DNA of 64,000 bases, taken from the NCBI GenBank assembly GCA_025457885.1, contig JALOTN010000006.1, positions 5,635 to 69,634 of the forward strand, given 5' to 3'. Positions 17,497-27,719 of this stretch are shown here, piece by piece. Origin of the DNA: Thermoplasmatota archaeon (lineage in GTDB: Archaea; Thermoplasmatota; E2; DHVEG-1). Position numbers and translations under genes: made by a program. The number at the start of each line of letters is the position of its first letter. The stretch's first letter is position 1. Under the pieces are notes generated by a model. The model saw only the letters and a program-made list of their open reading frames with translations. It was not told the origin of the DNA and made no database searches.

Positions 17497-17988
17497 TTAC
17501 TTATCTGTTTTTATGAAATCACCAAGGGTGAATGTTGCAGCGGAGCCTTTCTGGGTTCCTGCTGGGACTTCTTTGACTTCTTCTAAAAGCCTGATGCTGA
17601 GTTCCTTTTCCAATTTTGCTATTGTCTGATCAGATGGCCGCAGGTCACCGTTTTCGAGTTTAGCGATTGTTACCGTCCGCTCCCCGATCTTGAACCCGAG
17701 TTCTTCCCGGCTGAGGCCTTTCTTTTTGCGGGCGTGTTCTATAAGATGGTTCCAGTCGTTCACCAGCTCTTTTTGCATCCCTTTGTCTTTGTAGATGTCC
17801 CGTTCGATGTTCAGGGTCTTCTTCAAGGGTGCTCGCTGGGGTTGTATTGGGCTGCTGGGTCGGGGTGGTTCTTGTTCCACGAATCCTTCCGCGTATTTCA
17901 TGCAGTCTGGGCAGACGAACATTTTCGCCCCATCGATGATTGCTTCTTTTCCTCCTTTACACTCTCTCCCACAAAGTTCACAAGGCAT
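17497..17988 (-). CDS. archaeal multiprotein bridging factor 1 (MBF1): N-terminal zinc ribbon plus C-terminal XRE-type HTH
   Basis: CELCGREC...CPDC zinc ribbon. C-terminal HTH LSREELGFKIGERTVTIAKLENGDLRPSDQTIAKLEKEL. Confidence 0.75.
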   Translation of the reverse strand: MPCELCGRECKGGKEAIIDGAKMFVCPDCMKYAEGFVEQEPPRPSSPIQPQRAPLKKTLNIERDIYKDKGMQKELVNDWNHLIEHARKKKGLSREELGFKIGERTVTIAKLENGDLRPSDQTIAKLEKELSIRLLEEVKEVPAGTQKGSAATFTLGDFIKTDK

Positions 17989-18019
17989 TAATAACGTCCC
18001 TCCATGAAGGTTTTCTTCG

Positions 18020-18892
18020 TTATAGCAATCCTGCCTTCTGCAGGACCATCAGATCCTCAGTGCTGAGTTTCTCTCCACGTTTGAACCGTTCGAAGATATC
18101 ATCAGCCTCTTTCTGAGCAGCAGACACGTCAGCTAATTTTTTCTTTTTCTCTTTCTTCTTTTCGCTGCTTGAGATGTTTTTCTCCAGTTCATGAATATTG
18201 TTCACATGGTCGATGAATTCTTTATGAAGTTTATCCGCCTCGATTTTTGTTACAACGATATTCTCCTGAATCTCCGTGGTGCGTTTCACAAGTTTATCCA
18301 GCTGTTTGAGCAACTCCAGCATCTCCTGGTGTTCCTCTTGTGCTTTCTTCGCCATCTTCTCAACAAGCTCATGTTGTTTCTCTGCTTTCTGCCGTGTCAG
18401 TTTCTCTTCCTCGATTGCTTTTTTCAGTTTGGGGTCTTTGTTGAGTTTCTCATCAGCTTCCTTTATCTTCAAGGCGATTCCTTTGATTGTCTCAATCAAT
18501 TTTTTTTCTTTCTGGGCAGACATGGGTTGAGTCATCTGCTCTGTTTCTAGTTTCCTGAGATATTGTTTCAACTCGTTGACGTTCACACCAGAATTCGACG
18601 CTCGTTCCCGTTCAAGCTCTTTGATTTGTTTTTTTAAATCAAGATGATGGGTTAAAAACTCGTTGCGCTGCTCTTTTGCATGCTTCACTCGTTCGTTATA
18701 CTCGTCACGTTTCTTCTTATGTTCACTGATCTGGTTACGCATCTGTCGAACCTTTGCGTTCAGCTCGTCGCGCTCGCGCGCCATTTTCTTGGATTGGTCA
18801 TGGAGCTGGTCCCTGCTTTTTTTCAAATGGTTCGCTTTCTCTTGCAGGTCGTCCTTTTTTCGGACCATGTCTTCTAGTGGTTCATCGTCCAT
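18020..18892 (-). CDS. archaeal coiled-coil protein (COG1340-like); paralog of the 27720-28616 gene
   Basis: 290 aa. K/E/R-rich heptad-repeat sequence throughout. Same length and character as the second copy. Confidence 0.45.
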   Translation of the reverse strand: MDDEPLEDMVRKKDDLQEKANHLKKSRDQLHDQSKKMARERDELNAKVRQMRNQISEHKKKRDEYNERVKHAKEQRNEFLTHHLDLKKQIKELERERASNSGVNVNELKQYLRKLETEQMTQPMSAQKEKKLIETIKGIALKIKEADEKLNKDPKLKKAIEEEKLTRQKAEKQHELVEKMAKKAQEEHQEMLELLKQLDKLVKRTTEIQENIVVTKIEADKLHKEFIDHVNNIHELEKNISSSEKKKEKKKKLADVSAAQKEADDIFERFKRGEKLSTEDLMVLQKAGLL

Positions 18893-19047
18893 TTTCTGCC
18901 TCTTAGGTGACGGAAAAACACGGAGGTAAAATACTGGGTCTTTATTAAAAGCTTTCTGATAATTCTTCCGACTGCCTCCTGTCCTTCTTTTCTCTCGAAT
19001 GTTGAAAGTTTCTTATAAGAGTATCGGTCAATCGTTCGCATGGTTTT

Positions 19048-19692
19048 TTAGAGGAATTCGAATAAGGCCTCTGGATTTGGGTTTTTGATATGATGGTTTT
19101 TTGTTGAAAACATCGCATGCATCAGGGTGACCTTGGCAATCAGATTGGGGTATTTCTCTAATAATACCGAACTAAACTTTTTTGCATCCCGCAGCGACTT
19201 TGCTGTAAAGATGATCATCCAATCATATTCCCCATGGAGATAAAACCCATCCTCAATTAGGATTTCTAGTTTTTCGTATTCCTCGTCATACGATAAATGT
19301 GCTATTTTTTTAACAATCTCCTTGTCAACCTTGTTCATCGAACGTTTGATCAGTACGATATATCGGAGGCGCCCTTGTTTTTTCTCATCAGTAACCGCAG
19401 TATACCCCCAGATTATTCCCTCGTTCTCCAATCGTTTAATAATCCGTTGTACCTTCTGCTGAGAAAACCCACAGGATTTCGCAAGGGACTGCAGGGAGTC
19501 CTTGGAGTTTTTATGCAATGCTTTGACCACTAAAGTATCATCCTCGGAAAGAGATCCTGGGGTGTCCTTGGATTTCGGTTTCATAAGGTACCAGTGAAGC
19601 ACAACCTCTCGGAATTTAAAAGAATTTCCTCTTGGTACATCATCCGTCCCCTCCCGAAGGTCCCTCAGTCTCTTGTTATATTTATATACCAA
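19048..19692 (-). CDS. Lrp/AsnC-family transcriptional regulator (possibly with N-terminal extension; alternative start about 19584)
   Basis: HTH region DDTLVVKALHKNSKDSLQSLAKSCGFSQQKVQRIIKRLENEGII, followed by a RAM/ACT-like C-terminal domain. Confidence 0.6.
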   Translation of the reverse strand: MVYKYNKRLRDLREGTDDVPRGNSFKFREVVLHWYLMKPKSKDTPGSLSEDDTLVVKALHKNSKDSLQSLAKSCGFSQQKVQRIIKRLENEGIIWGYTAVTDEKKQGRLRYIVLIKRSMNKVDKEIVKKIAHLSYDEEYEKLEILIEDGFYLHGEYDWMIIFTAKSLRDAKKFSSVLLEKYPNLIAKVTLMHAMFSTKNHHIKNPNPEALFEFL

Positions 19693-19736
19693 TAAAAGAT
19701 TTCTTCTCAGATACCAAGAAAAAAAAGGAAGATACT

Positions 19737-20216
19737 ATGGTTGAGGAACCACCATATATAAAAAATGAAACCGAGGGTCTTGCCTGGAGAATATCCTTAT
19801 CTATCCTTGTCGCAGTCGGATGGCTTGTGTTTCTTCTCATCTGGCTTTTCTTTTATGCGAACCAGTATCCCTGGGAGAAGAATCTCGCAGTGGTCCTTCT
19901 TTCACTTCTCATCCTCGTTGGGATCCTTGGTGGGCCGTGGGCGTACTGGGCGTTCAAAAAACAAACACCCCCTGAGAAAAACATGTGGAGGCAGAAAGGA
20001 TTTCAATGGCGATTCTGGACCTCCCTTCTCATCGGACTTGCACTCATCTGCTTCCTCATCTATTGGTTCTGGACCTATGCTGCACCATATGATGTGTATC
20101 AGAATTTCGCTATCTTCATCATCACCCTGCTCATCGCAGCGGGTCTCACCGCAGCCATGTGGGTCCCCTGGGGCATGAAATACGGTCCTGACCAGAACCA
20201 ACGGAAGAAAGAATGA
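19737..20216 (+). CDS. hypothetical Trp-rich membrane protein
   Basis: Four predicted TM helices. ATG 19737 is preceded by AAGGAAG. Divergent from the Lrp gene. The tool ORF at 19632 includes an upstream extension that overlaps the Lrp start. Confidence 0.4.
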   Translation: MVEEPPYIKNETEGLAWRISLSILVAVGWLVFLLIWLFFYANQYPWEKNLAVVLLSLLILVGILGGPWAYWAFKKQTPPEKNMWRQKGFQWRFWTSLLIGLALICFLIYWFWTYAAPYDVYQNFAIFIITLLIAAGLTAAMWVPWGMKYGPDQNQRKKE

Positions 20217-20248
20217 TGTTCTTCCCCCTGTGATCCCCTCCTTTCGTG

Positions 20249-21031
20249 CTATCCGTTTTTCTTTCGTTTGTCTTGAAGGATGAAGAGACCATCGAGGAAG
20301 ACCGCAAGAATCCCTGTGATAAACACCATATCAAAGACGCTTGCTCCCCCGATCACCGCACTACGCAATGTTGGTGTCTCCTGCTGAAGCAGACTCATCA
20401 GATGTAACCCGTCTGCACCAATGAGGACCCCCAGAGTGCCGATGGAATATGCCAGTGGTGCTGCTTTCTTTTTCTCCCTCCAAACCAACGCCACAGACGT
20501 AATACTTGCGACAAGAATCGGTAGAATCCAATAGGGGAAAACGGAGACGATCCCCTTCTCAGGATCTGGGAATGTGACAAAAAAAGTAACAACCGTGACG
20601 ATACCAATCCCTAAAAAAACCTTCAGAAGTCGCAGGTGATTCTTCCATATAAGAAAACAACTCAATACTATAGGGATCACCGCGCCCCCTATGTTAATCC
20701 CAACTATCCAGTCCGTCTGATATTGAAACAATGGAATATTTGAGAGTGGTATCCCAAGATACTCATCGAGAAGGCCAGATCCTACTAAAAATGAAACAAA
20801 AACGATTAGGATAGCCTCCAGGGTGGAAAACCCCATATCGTTGAATGCCTTGGTAATAATTAGATATACAAAATATAGCACGAGGAGCGGGAGAAGCGCA
20901 AGGAGAAGATACTGCATGATTAGATCGATTATTATTGCACAAACGACCACCCGAGCCACCTTGAGTATTGAGATGAACGGATTCTTTATATACTTGCTGA
21001 GGCAAAAAACAAATGATTCTTTCTCCTCCAC
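20249..21031 (-). CDS. hypothetical integral membrane protein (DUF1614-like)
   Basis: 260 aa, about 7 TM helices. Confidence 0.35.
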   Translation of the reverse strand: MEEKESFVFCLSKYIKNPFISILKVARVVVCAIIIDLIMQYLLLALLPLLVLYFVYLIITKAFNDMGFSTLEAILIVFVSFLVGSGLLDEYLGIPLSNIPLFQYQTDWIVGINIGGAVIPIVLSCFLIWKNHLRLLKVFLGIGIVTVVTFFVTFPDPEKGIVSVFPYWILPILVASITSVALVWREKKKAAPLAYSIGTLGVLIGADGLHLMSLLQQETPTLRSAVIGGASVFDMVFITGILAVFLDGLFILQDKRKKNG

Positions 21032-21119
21032 TGAAAGAGGGTTTTCAAAGAAAAAAAAGGAAATGATTCAAGGAGACTGGTTATTCCCCTTTTAGTGGAT
21101 ATTTTTATTACTATAATCG

Positions 21120-21140
21120 AAACATATATATAATGGCCAG
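21120..21140 (+). promoter_or_regulatory. putative TATA box promoter for the 21173 gene
   Basis: aacatatatataatgg, 35-50 nt upstream of ATG 21173. Ribosome-binding site AAGGGGGC at 21161-21168. Confidence 0.3.
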
Positions 21141-21172
21141 TCATATAATCATTACATTCAAAGGGGGCAAAT

Positions 21173-24100
21173 ATGAGTAATACAAAATATTTTAAAAAGT
21201 CAAAAATTCAGGCAGTTGTCATAGCGCTCTTATTTGTAGGAACAGTACTTATCCCTATAAATAGCATCGCTGCGAACCCAACCTCACCAAATGATACCTC
21301 GAAAAAGAATTATTTTACAGAAGACAATGAAGGAACTTTCATCCTAGATCGAAGTTATTACCTGATGGATGAAAACCCAGCATCTATGGGCACTGCGGAC
21401 AATGATGACGCAGGATATAAGAAAGACGCTGGATTGGATCTCCCCAGATCCTTAGCCCTTTATCCAGGAGAACTGATCGATGAGACACCTGGTCGTGGGA
21501 GATTTGGGAAAATCTCTTCTACGGATAACAGCGATTGGTTTTTCTTCTCCGTCTGTCAAGGACAACAGATTGTCTTTACCGTCACACCACCCTCAGGGTT
21601 TGATGTAAACCTTTCCTTATGGACCTCCGCAGGAGTCATGATGACTTCCTCAAACAACTCCGGAAGTGTCCCAGAGACAATCACCTATACCGCCGCCTAT
21701 ACCGGAAAATGGTATATCTGGATTAAATACGTCAGTGGAAGCGGCACAGGAAGATACTCGTTTGCAGTAAGTTTCACAAATCAAAATGATGCGAACAGCG
21801 GTGCTGACGCCCCGAATGTTCGAACCTCCGCACTGCTCCTCACACCAGGGACCTATTTCGGATTCGTCGATATGAACGACCCCTATGACTGGTATAAGAT
21901 ACAAGCCACAACCGGTCAAGGCATCAACGTTTCATTAAAGATGAAGGACCTCTCGTATCTTACCGATTTTGATCTTCAACTATATAATCCAAGTGGTGCC
22001 CTCGTCTTCGAAGGCAACCAATACTACGATGATGTCTTCAGCTATCCAGCCGACGTCACGGGACAATGGAGCGTCCGTGTGGATATCTTCCCTGGATGGG
22101 TTGATTGTCCTGCACCAACCGAATGGAGTTACTACTCCTATGGTTCTGGAGCTTACAACCTGACCTTAAAACTAGATACCAGTGGAGTTACTCCACCTGG
22201 GCCAATCCCACAAAAGGACATCACCCCTATCGCGAAGACCTACAAGGTCGTTAATGATGCTTCCAGCACCAAAGATGACTTCGCATACCTTGCAGCAATC
22301 CCAGCTTGTAACTACCTTGATGGCGGTCAACGCTATGTAGCACCTATTATTTACACAGGAGACACCACACCAACTGCATACTACGATGATGAGACCTCCT
22401 TTGGGACCGTGGATGATACCACCCAGTACCTCGTTGATGATTGGAATACCTATCTTGCATTATTCGGTAAAACCCCAGAACAATATACCCTAGCAGCCGA
22501 CCCGATCCAAGCCGCAGCTGATATCGCCACACGAGATTGGACGTCTTCCCAAACCGCGGTAGTCGCCGTCGATGGATCTGGTTTTGAAGATACTGTAAAA
22601 ACCGTTCTGAAACGAACCGCGACCCTGAAACGACAGTCAAGTGTTGAGACCGTCACTGGAGATAGCACTAAAATAAGAAGTATTGGAGGGTCGTATGGAT
22701 ACCCGATTTTCCTTGGACCAAAATGGTGCGCCCTGAACGTCAGCATGTATGGAGCTGGAGGAGCAACCCCTACCATTGGTGCAATACTCCCCTTATACAT
22801 GACCATGGCACAGGATTGGTGGCCAATCCCCAACGATGAGACCGTGGGACCTAGAGATGACATGTTCTACCCCGTGAACCGCATGGGAATCTGGGTCGCT
22901 GGAACCGATATCGTCAACCCTGGATGGACCTTGAATGTCACAAAAATCGCTGGAGACCGCTATCGATTCAAGGTCGCCAATGCAGACTCCGTCATCAATG
23001 CAGTAATCACCACTACTGAAGCATCTGATTTGTTAGTCTTCCTCATCGACCCACAGGGTAACCTTCGAGCACCAACCATGCCCGCCTGGAATGGGCCCGT
23101 CAGTCCTATCCATGTCTGGAATGGACTGGAGAACCCACCATCTAACCCCTGGAGATGCTGGAGGCCTGCTCCTCACACAGAATTCTCCGCTGAAGTCCTC
23201 CACCCTGAGACAGGGTTATGGACCGCGATTGTCGTACCTCGTGATGTTGGTGGTTCTAATACGAAATATACTCTCACCGTCGATGTTCGAACCGTCAACT
23301 CTGACCGTTCTGATGCGGAGATCTCCGCTGCGAACGCGGCAGTGATTGCCTCATTGAACCACTACCCGTTACTCTATGTCAACGCGGATAGTATCCCTGC
23401 GGCAACCGCAAGTGCATTCACCACTCTTGGAGTCACCAAGGTTATTTTCGTTGAACGTGGGGAAATCGGCGCAGTCGTCCGAACAAGCCTTCCAACCGTC
23501 GAAAAGGACCTGAAGACCCAACAGGAAATTGTTGATGAGATTAAGAGCTACCCTGCTTCTGAAAACTATGTCACAGCCACCTCCACAAAGACTGGGGAAG
23601 GATACTTTGCCTCAGCAGCAATGCTTGCTGCATACCACGGTGCCCCCGTCATCCGAGTCGAGGATGCACCAGATGGTGATCCCGCTGCGGTCGCACAACG
23701 AATCCACACCTGGCAACGCTGGGATGGAGATTTCTACCATGGATCCCGATCCACAGGGCATCTCCCACAAGCAGATGCACCTGTTGAACAGAACAGACTC
23801 AAAGTCTACATGACCTTGATACGGTTCTTCCTTGGTCAAAACGTCTCAGTCCCACCCTATGGACTTGATGCGAAACGCTACTGGAATGAAGAGATGTACA
23901 CCAAATTCCACAACTACATCGTTAGCCTAGGTCTGGACCTTGACGGCCAAGAAGGATACGTCACCGTCGCACCACGAGACGACATCACCCTTGAATTACA
24001 CTCCGCTCTCATGGGAAACAACTCCTATGCTGGTGACATCCCTGGAATTACCCCAGCATATTCCAGTGACATTGTAGTCCGAAACATTCTCTACCCTGCA

Positions 24101-24892
24101 TTGATTTTCGCCAACCCCAACCGGAACACCACCACAACACAACTGATGAACTACCCGGATGGTGGCTCCTGGCGGACCAACGATGGGAAAACTACACCTT
24201 CCTTCTCTAGCCGGGACGTCAAGAACTCGTTTAGCTCCCATCTCAGGACCTATGAAGGTCACTGTCTCTGGGTCGCTCACCTTGAACGAATGAACGAAGG
24301 TGCCAGTGCCATGTATTACTCAGGGCATGGAACCGGAGGTAGCGGTGTTTCTGCCCAATATGTCCAAACAGAGCACTGTAACTATCCGGAGCAAATCTGG
24401 TGGGACGCCTGGCGTGGATACATGTTCGACAACTGGAAGACCTCTCGAGACACTGGGATGGTATGGTACAATGCAGAACCACCAACTCTCTACGATATCA
24501 TCCACTACAAATGGGTCGATCAGCTGTTGGAGAACCTCCGCAGTCAAGCAACCTTCTACATGTCCTGCACCAGTGCAGATGGAGACATGCCGATGATCTA
24601 CCTTGATCATGGGTCTGTCTGCGTGTATGGGAATGCTGGAACCGGGTTGTGCCCCGAGGCGGACTTACAGGATGACCTGTTCTTCAGAGACGTCATGATC
24701 GATGGAGAACCAATCGGTCCTGCCTACACAAAACAAGTCTGGCTGCACTTCAGAGACTTCACCACCAGTGACCCGACCGCGATGTATGGGACATCATCCA
24801 TGCAGGTCACCACGATTCAGTGTATCTATGGTGACCCAAGTCTCATCGTCTACAGTCCTGAGTGGACAGCACCAGTACCCATTGATGCGTAA
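21173..24892 (+). CDS. giant secreted protein (1239 aa): signal peptide, two PPC (pre-peptidase C-terminal-like) domains, a long middle region, and a C-terminal clan CD cysteine-peptidase-like domain
   Basis: Signal peptide VVIALLFVGTVLIPINSIAA. PPC-like modules around DNSDWFFFSV...GKWYIWIKYVSGSGTGRYSFAV and PYDWYKIQAT...GQWSVRVDIFPG...GAYNLTL. Near the C-terminus a His/Cys dyad in caspase-fold order (AMYYSGHGTGGSG ... ATFYMSCTSADGD). Confidence 0.55.
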   Translation: MSNTKYFKKSKIQAVVIALLFVGTVLIPINSIAANPTSPNDTSKKNYFTEDNEGTFILDRSYYLMDENPASMGTADNDDAGYKKDAGLDLPRSLALYPGELIDETPGRGRFGKISSTDNSDWFFFSVCQGQQIVFTVTPPSGFDVNLSLWTSAGVMMTSSNNSGSVPETITYTAAYTGKWYIWIKYVSGSGTGRYSFAVSFTNQNDANSGADAPNVRTSALLLTPGTYFGFVDMNDPYDWYKIQATTGQGINVSLKMKDLSYLTDFDLQLYNPSGALVFEGNQYYDDVFSYPADVTGQWSVRVDIFPGWVDCPAPTEWSYYSYGSGAYNLTLKLDTSGVTPPGPIPQKDITPIAKTYKVVNDASSTKDDFAYLAAIPACNYLDGGQRYVAPIIYTGDTTPTAYYDDETSFGTVDDTTQYLVDDWNTYLALFGKTPEQYTLAADPIQAAADIATRDWTSSQTAVVAVDGSGFEDTVKTVLKRTATLKRQSSVETVTGDSTKIRSIGGSYGYPIFLGPKWCALNVSMYGAGGATPTIGAILPLYMTMAQDWWPIPNDETVGPRDDMFYPVNRMGIWVAGTDIVNPGWTLNVTKIAGDRYRFKVANADSVINAVITTTEASDLLVFLIDPQGNLRAPTMPAWNGPVSPIHVWNGLENPPSNPWRCWRPAPHTEFSAEVLHPETGLWTAIVVPRDVGGSNTKYTLTVDVRTVNSDRSDAEISAANAAVIASLNHYPLLYVNADSIPAATASAFTTLGVTKVIFVERGEIGAVVRTSLPTVEKDLKTQQEIVDEIKSYPASENYVTATSTKTGEGYFASAAMLAAYHGAPVIRVEDAPDGDPAAVAQRIHTWQRWDGDFYHGSRSTGHLPQADAPVEQNRLKVYMTLIRFFLGQNVSVPPYGLDAKRYWNEEMYTKFHNYIVSLGLDLDGQEGYVTVAPRDDITLELHSALMGNNSYAGDIPGITPAYSSDIVVRNILYPALIFANPNRNTTTTQLMNYPDGGSWRTNDGKTTPSFSSRDVKNSFSSHLRTYEGHCLWVAHLERMNEGASAMYYSGHGTGGSGVSAQYVQTEHCNYPEQIWWDAWRGYMFDNWKTSRDTGMVWYNAEPPTLYDIIHYKWVDQLLENLRSQATFYMSCTSADGDMPMIYLDHGSVCVYGNAGTGLCPEADLQDDLFFRDVMIDGEPIGPAYTKQVWLHFRDFTTSDPTAMYGTSSMQVTTIQCIYGDPSLIVYSPEWTAPVPIDA

Positions 24893-24950
24893 AAACGCAT
24901 CACCCTCTTTTTTTCTTTTTTTTTTCTAACTTTTTTGTTTTTTTGAAAAC
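24885..24950 (+). terminator. hairpin plus oligo-T terminator
   Basis: atgcgt-aaaa-acgcat inverted repeat overlapping the stop codon (24885-24900). T7, T10 and T6 runs follow at 24908-24945. Confidence 0.45.
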
Positions 24951-25003
24951 ACACCTGTGAATTACGAAGAAGAATTAAGCAAAAAAAAAATGGTAAAGAG
25001 ATG

Positions 25004-25411
25004 TTATCGTTGTTTTTTGAATTTATACCCGTAGTAGATCGCACCGGTTCTTCCGTCTTGTTGGATTTTCCTAAACGTGCTTTCGACTTTCATACCGATC
25101 TTAATCTCATCAAGGGGACAATCTACGATCTGCGCGGTTATCTGTGGCCCTTCCTCGAGTCTAATGATTGCGATGGGATAGGGTGTTTGCTCCTCAAAGC
25201 CGCTGGGACCGACATGAATAATACTATAGGTGATGACTTCTCCTTTCCCTGAGAATTTTAGGTCCTTCATTTTCCCGATGCTTTTCCGTCGACATATCGG
25301 ACAGGATTCCCGGGGTGGGAAAAACATCCTGCTGCAGACTTCACATTTGTTCCCCATGAAGTTATACCGCTGAGGGATCTCCCTCCAGAACCGTGCGACA
25401 CCTTCCTTCAT
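25004..25411 (-). CDS. DUF35 OB-fold/zinc-ribbon scaffold protein of the archaeal thiolase/HMG-CoA synthase complex
   Basis: Zinc ribbon CEVC...CPIC, then an OB-fold region. Immediately downstream of the thiolase and HMGCS genes, same strand. Confidence 0.8.
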   Translation of the reverse strand: MKEGVARFWREIPQRYNFMGNKCEVCSRMFFPPRESCPICRRKSIGKMKDLKFSGKGEVITYSIIHVGPSGFEEQTPYPIAIIRLEEGPQITAQIVDCPLDEIKIGMKVESTFRKIQQDGRTGAIYYGYKFKKQR

Positions 25412-25413
25412 TG

Positions 25414-26580
25414 TTACATCCCCTCCATGATATGAACCACACAGGTTGCGCCTGAGCCGCCTACATTATGGGCAAGTCCGATTCTGGCGTCTTTGACTTG
25501 TCGTTTCCCCGCCTCATTTCGCAATTGTAAGGTGAGCTCTACGATTTGTGCGACACCGGTGGCACCTACCGGGTGGCCTTTTGCTTTCAGACCCCCGCTT
25601 GTATTCACCGGTAAGGAACCGTCCATGGTCGTGATTTTATTATCAATGGCGGTGCCGCCTTTTCCTTTTTCGATAAAACCAAGGTCTTCAATAGCACATA
25701 TCTCTGCGATGGTGAAACAATCATGGACTTCTGCAAAATCAATGTCTTTCGGAGTGACATTCGCCTGATTATAGGCCATTTTCGCGGCATGAACCGTTGC
25801 ATCAAGAGTACAGATGTCTCGTCGTCCATGGAGCGCAAGCGTGTCAGATGCTTGTCCTGAGCCGATAATTTTCACTGGTTTATCGGTGAATTTTTTTGCT
25901 TTATCCGCTGCACAGAGGACTACAGAGGCTGCCCCATCGCTGACCGGGGAGCAATCCATAAGACCTAAGGGGTAGGCCACCATGGTTGCTTTCATCACGG
26001 ATTCAAGGGATATCGCGGATTGATATTGTGCATAGGGATTGTTGACGCCATTGGCATGATTCTTGACTGCCACCTGGGCGAGTTGTTGTTTGGTCGTCCC
26101 ATATTCATGCATGTGTCGGGTGGCGATCATCGCATAAATACCCGGGAATGTCGCTCCGAAGAATGCTTCCCATTCCTGGTCGGATGCAGCTGCGAGGATA
26201 TCAGTTGCTTCTGATCCTCCGACATCATTCATTTTCTCGATACCTCCGACGACGACCACATCGTTGATACCTGAGGCAATCGAAAGATATCCTTCTCGTA
26301 TCGCAAGGCTGCCAGATGCACACGCTCCTTCGACACGGGTCGCAGGGATATGAAGTTGGGAAAATCCTGAGACTTCCGCGACGAGTGCTCCGATGTGTTC
26401 CTGGTCGACGAACCGTCCAGAACTCATAGATCCGACATAGAGGGCATCAATGTCTTTTCCTTCTATTTTCGCATCTAGGATTGCTTTCGAGCCGGCTTCT
26501 GCGATGAGCTGACGAAATGATTTATCCCACAGTTCACCAAATTTCGTTAATCCTACTCCGATGACTGCTACATCTCTCAT
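25414..26580 (-). CDS. acetyl-CoA C-acetyltransferase (acetoacetyl-CoA thiolase, archaeal mevalonate pathway)
   Basis: 388 aa thiolase fold: active-site region [11 protein letters not shown]-terminal [15 protein letters not shown]. Confidence 0.85.
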   Translation of the reverse strand: MRDVAVIGVGLTKFGELWDKSFRQLIAEAGSKAILDAKIEGKDIDALYVGSMSSGRFVDQEHIGALVAEVSGFSQLHIPATRVEGACASGSLAIREGYLSIASGINDVVVVGGIEKMNDVGGSEATDILAAASDQEWEAFFGATFPGIYAMIATRHMHEYGTTKQQLAQVAVKNHANGVNNPYAQYQSAISLESVMKATMVAYPLGLMDCSPVSDGAASVVLCAADKAKKFTDKPVKIIGSGQASDTLALHGRRDICTLDATVHAAKMAYNQANVTPKDIDFAEVHDCFTIAEICAIEDLGFIEKGKGGTAIDNKITTMDGSLPVNTSGGLKAKGHPVGATGVAQIVELTLQLRNEAGKRQVKDARIGLAHNVGGSGATCVVHIMEGM

Positions 26581-26587
26581 TTTTTTT

Positions 26588-27637
26588 TCACTCCAAGAAC
26601 AGTAAGTTTGTCATTTTTGAATAGACTCCATAATCAACGTATTCTTTATCTGCGACCAGTTCAGCGACAGAGGGTGCTTTTTCTCGAGCGAGTCGTTTGA
26701 TGTTCTCCGTGACGGTCATATCGAACCCATCGCTTCCTGCGCCAGAGCCATAACTGGTCATGAAAATCCGGTCCCCTGGTTTTGCGACGTCTAGAACTGA
26801 GGCAAGACCAATCATTGAGGCACCAGAATACGTATTACCGATATAGGGGACCATGAGTCCTTGTTTGACTTGATCCATGGTAAAACCCAGTTTCTTTGCC
26901 ACATTGACGGGGAATTTCCCGTTTGGCTGATGGAAGATCGCATAGGTGTAATCCTGTGGTTTTGTACATGCCGTGGTCATCAGATTGTTGGCACAGTTCA
27001 TGATATGTTTAAAATAGGCTGGTTCTCCCGTGAAACGTCCTCCATGGGAAGGGTATTTCATCTCCGCTCTTCTCCAGAAATCCGGGGTATCCGTCGTATA
27101 GGAGAGGGTATGGTTAATGGTGGCAATCACATTGGTTTTTCCGATGATGAAGCCTGCACCACCAGCAGAGGCAGAATATTCTAAGGCGTCTCCGGGTGCT
27201 GCTTGGGAGGTATCCGCTCCGATTGCTACTCCGTATTTGATCATCCCTGCTTTGACAAAGGCCAGGCAGGTTTGAATTGCAGCAGTCCCTGCTTTACAGG
27301 CGAATTCATAGTCAGCGACCATAAGGTCCGGGGTGGCTCCGATTGCCTCTCCAACGATGGTCCCTGTTGGTTTGACCGCATAGGGGTGTGATTCACTCCC
27401 GACGTAGATAGCACCAATCTGTGATGGATCAAGGGTGCATCTTTTTAAGGCGTGTCGTATCGCTTCGACTGCGATGGTTGCAGTATCCTGATCGACAGAG
27501 GGGACTGATTTTTCAAAAATCCCAAGTCCTCGGCTGATTGCGTCTCCGTCTTTTCCCCATACTTTTGCGATGACTTCTGCTTTGATACGGTAGCGTGGAA
27601 TGTGTGCCCCGTAACTGACGATTCCGATTTCTTCCAT
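26588..27637 (-). CDS. hydroxymethylglutaryl-CoA synthase (archaeal)
   Basis: 349 aa, N-terminus [18 protein letters not shown] and active-site Cys region [12 protein letters not shown] typical of archaeal HMGCS. 7-nt gap to the thiolase gene. Confidence 0.85.
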   Translation of the reverse strand: MEEIGIVSYGAHIPRYRIKAEVIAKVWGKDGDAISRGLGIFEKSVPSVDQDTATIAVEAIRHALKRCTLDPSQIGAIYVGSESHPYAVKPTGTIVGEAIGATPDLMVADYEFACKAGTAAIQTCLAFVKAGMIKYGVAIGADTSQAAPGDALEYSASAGGAGFIIGKTNVIATINHTLSYTTDTPDFWRRAEMKYPSHGGRFTGEPAYFKHIMNCANNLMTTACTKPQDYTYAIFHQPNGKFPVNVAKKLGFTMDQVKQGLMVPYIGNTYSGASMIGLASVLDVAKPGDRIFMTSYGSGAGSDGFDMTVTENIKRLAREKAPSVAELVADKEYVDYGVYSKMTNLLFLE

Positions 27638-27719
27638 GGTGAATCCAGCAAAAGCACAAACTAAAAAGACTACTTAAAAGTGCCGATTATTGTTCGACAA
27701 TTGACGAAATAAAATTGGT

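Noticed and set aside
18191-18929. Several plus-strand ORFs (18191, 18276, 18663, 18680) antisense to the coiled-coil gene, and similar ORFs (27768-28787) antisense to the second coiled-coil gene
   Set aside because: These are products of the low-complexity K/E-rich repeats on the coding strand; the antisense frames are F/L/S-rich and meaningless.
19765-20334. Alternative-frame ORFs 19765-20178 (+), 19902-20201 (-) and 20146-20334 (-) overlapping the 19737 membrane protein gene
   Set aside because: They are out of frame with a plausible membrane-protein gene that has a good ribosome-binding site. Compositionally biased, with no motifs.
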